This document shows, piece after piece, positions 61,995 through 64,000 of a stretch of 64,000 nucleotides of DNA (the first letter of the stretch is position 1; every line of letters begins with the position of its first letter). The position numbers and the translations under genes are program-made. This DNA is from Mobula hypostoma (lineage: Eukaryota), in contig NC_086097.1 of NCBI RefSeq assembly GCF_963921235.1, forward strand, positions 22,756,001 to 22,820,000. Reading direction: 5' to 3'. Below the pieces are notes generated by a model. The model made no database searches, had not been told where the DNA came from, and worked only from the letters and a program-made list of their open reading frames with translations.

Positions 61995-64000
61995 TGTGTG
62001 TCCAGTCCCTAGTGTGCAATGTGGGTGGTTCACCCGGAATTGGAAGTAACATTGGTGACTGGGACACACACGCTTGTAGCAGGTTTAAGGCCCCGAGTAA
62101 AATGGGTTCAGGCTGAAGCCATCATGACCCCCTCCTGTTAATAAATGTGCTAGCATTAAAACCCACACAAAGTTTGTCTTTTATCAAGAACATGGTGTCA
62201 GAAGTTGGCATGAGGTCTAAATATGAGGTGTAACTGAATACCACGAGTGATTATGAAAGAGATGCTAGGTTCCAACGGAGAGAAGCTGCTGGCAAGAGAG
62301 GAGCATCATGTTTGAAATATGCAAATTGTTTTCTTGTGAACAGAAACAAGGCATTAGCTTTCATTGATACTTAGCTGAGTTTGGAGATTGGAGAGACTTA
62401 CTAGTCAGCAATAAAATAATTTGCGGCATCCCAGATAATGAACTTAGAGAACACCTGCTCTGTGAAAAACACTGGAAAAGGCTGTGGATATGTGCAGAGC
62501 AGTGGAGACCACATGGGTGCAAGCTGAGGACCTGCACAGGGCAGAAACAATAGTGCATGCTGTGAAACCAGAGGGACAGAGCACAACACATTTCTCTAAG
62601 CAACAGCATAGCAAGAGGTAGGCTCAATAATAAATGCAGCAAATGTGGAGCTAGGTACATCTCGAAGAAGTGCCCTGCTTATGGAAAGTCCTGTGATAAG
62701 TGTGGGAAGAAGAATCATTTTGCAAAGTGCTGCAAAGCTGGGGCTGCCAAGAGAAAAGTGCACAAGGTTGCTGAAGAAATTGAGAAAGTCTTTGTAGATT
62801 CTCTACAGACAGCTGGTGCTGGTAAAATAGAATGGATTGTTCCAGTGATTGTGAATGAGGCAGTAATACCATTCAAGCTTGACTGCAGAACCATGGTAAA
62901 TCTGTTATCTGTGGATGATTACAAGTCTCTCAAACTAAAGAGCAAGATTTTACTCAGTGAGGTTAAAAGTGACAGGCTATACTAGAGAGGACGTTCCAGT
63001 AAAAGGAGGCTGTATAGTGACTTTCAAGCACAAGGGGCAACACCTAAAGACACAGCTACTGTTTGTTGAAAAGCAAGTATAGCCAATATTAGGTCTAACT
63101 GCACATGAAAGGCTCAACCTGGTGGAAAAAGTTTTCGTAGTGGCTTCACAGACATAAGGTTACCAGGCAACACTCAAGATGGAGTACACAGATGTCTTCG
63201 ATGAGGGGCTTGGATGCTTACCTGGTGTAACTTGAGAAACTCATAACAGCATCCAGGAGAGATCCAGAGAGGTTATGCAAGAGAAGCACAAGAACTCCAC
63301 CTTCCACAGACATCTGTATCAGCTACACCAGCATGACAGTCTGGATGCCAGTGCTGAACAGAGAGACCACGAAGAAGTCACCAGTCTTGCTTCCACATCA
63401 TGCAGCTTTGATTCAAAATCTGTCTCTCATCATCTTCCAGATAAAGATTGGAAATCAAAATAAATATCTCCATGATCCTCTCTGAAGTCGAAGAGGAAAA
63501 ATAAAAAAAGAACATGGGGAGAACAACAGCAAAACTTCAACACAAATCAACAGGAGTTACTATGATATGCAGCCAAAAGGAGCTCTGTGAATTGAGACAA
63601 AATCAGCTGGAACTTGTGTAAAGACTAACTAATCATGTAGAGGTAGTTCAGGGCTCCATTATGAGGAACATGGAGTGAATTATCACACAGCAAGAACAAG
63701 AAGAGACAAACAGATAGGACCCTGACAGAAGGATGTAAAAGAGACAAACATGTTGACTGGGATTCTCAAAAGGACAGTGGTATTAATGCAACAAGTGAAA
63801 GCAAGGCATCTGTGGAAACAGATGGCAGTCCAAAAGGGATCATTAAGCCACCACAGAGATGGATTGAGAGTGTCTGAGTGAATAAGGGACTGTATTTCCT
63901 TATTACAATTGGTTAAATATCTTTGTTGGAAAGCATCATTGTGTCTTACAGGTTTATGAGGACATACTATTGTGTTTGTTTTCTTTAAAGGAGGAAGATG
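61995..64000 (+). mobile_element. Degenerate, internally deleted Ty3/gypsy element (putative 5' LTR about 61995-62192; 3' LTR would start at 63999)
   Basis: ...CA followed by Leu-type PBS tggtgtcagaagt (62193); Gag knuckles CSKCG...CPAYGKSCDKCGKKNHFAKCC; protease remnant IPFKLDCRTMVNLL; PPT aaaggaggaaga then TG at the window end. The LTR start is uncertain. Confidence 0.8.

Overview
This is repeat-dense eukaryotic genomic DNA, intronic or intergenic, and I could not support any host protein-coding exon, rRNA or real tRNA gene. The repeat content (CR1, Rex1/Babar-type and RTE LINEs, V-domain and Deu-domain SINEs, Penelope remnants) points to a cartilaginous fish, probably a ray; this is inference. 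Main elements: (1) a young 4.9-kb Gmr1-type Ty3/gypsy LTR element (13888-18814, minus) with an intact 716-codon SCAN-type Gag ORF but a heavily decayed pol, so a non-autonomous Gag-retaining element; (2) a Sleeping Beauty-family Tc1 element (34071-36056), very close to the salmonid-derived SB sequence as I recall it, whose left end is replaced by an inverted copy of its right end; (3) a 3' fragment of a Hero-like (RLE) non-LTR element whose 3' UTR holds the three hammerhead-ribozyme strands in a non-circularly permuted order (51730-51794); (4) dispersed Penelope-type minimal hammerhead motifs; (5) a young 5'-truncated CR1, a second deleted Gypsy element running off the right edge, hAT/mariner/Tc1 MITEs, and many nested insertions with readable target-site duplications. 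All family calls come from motif recognition by eye, with no database search.
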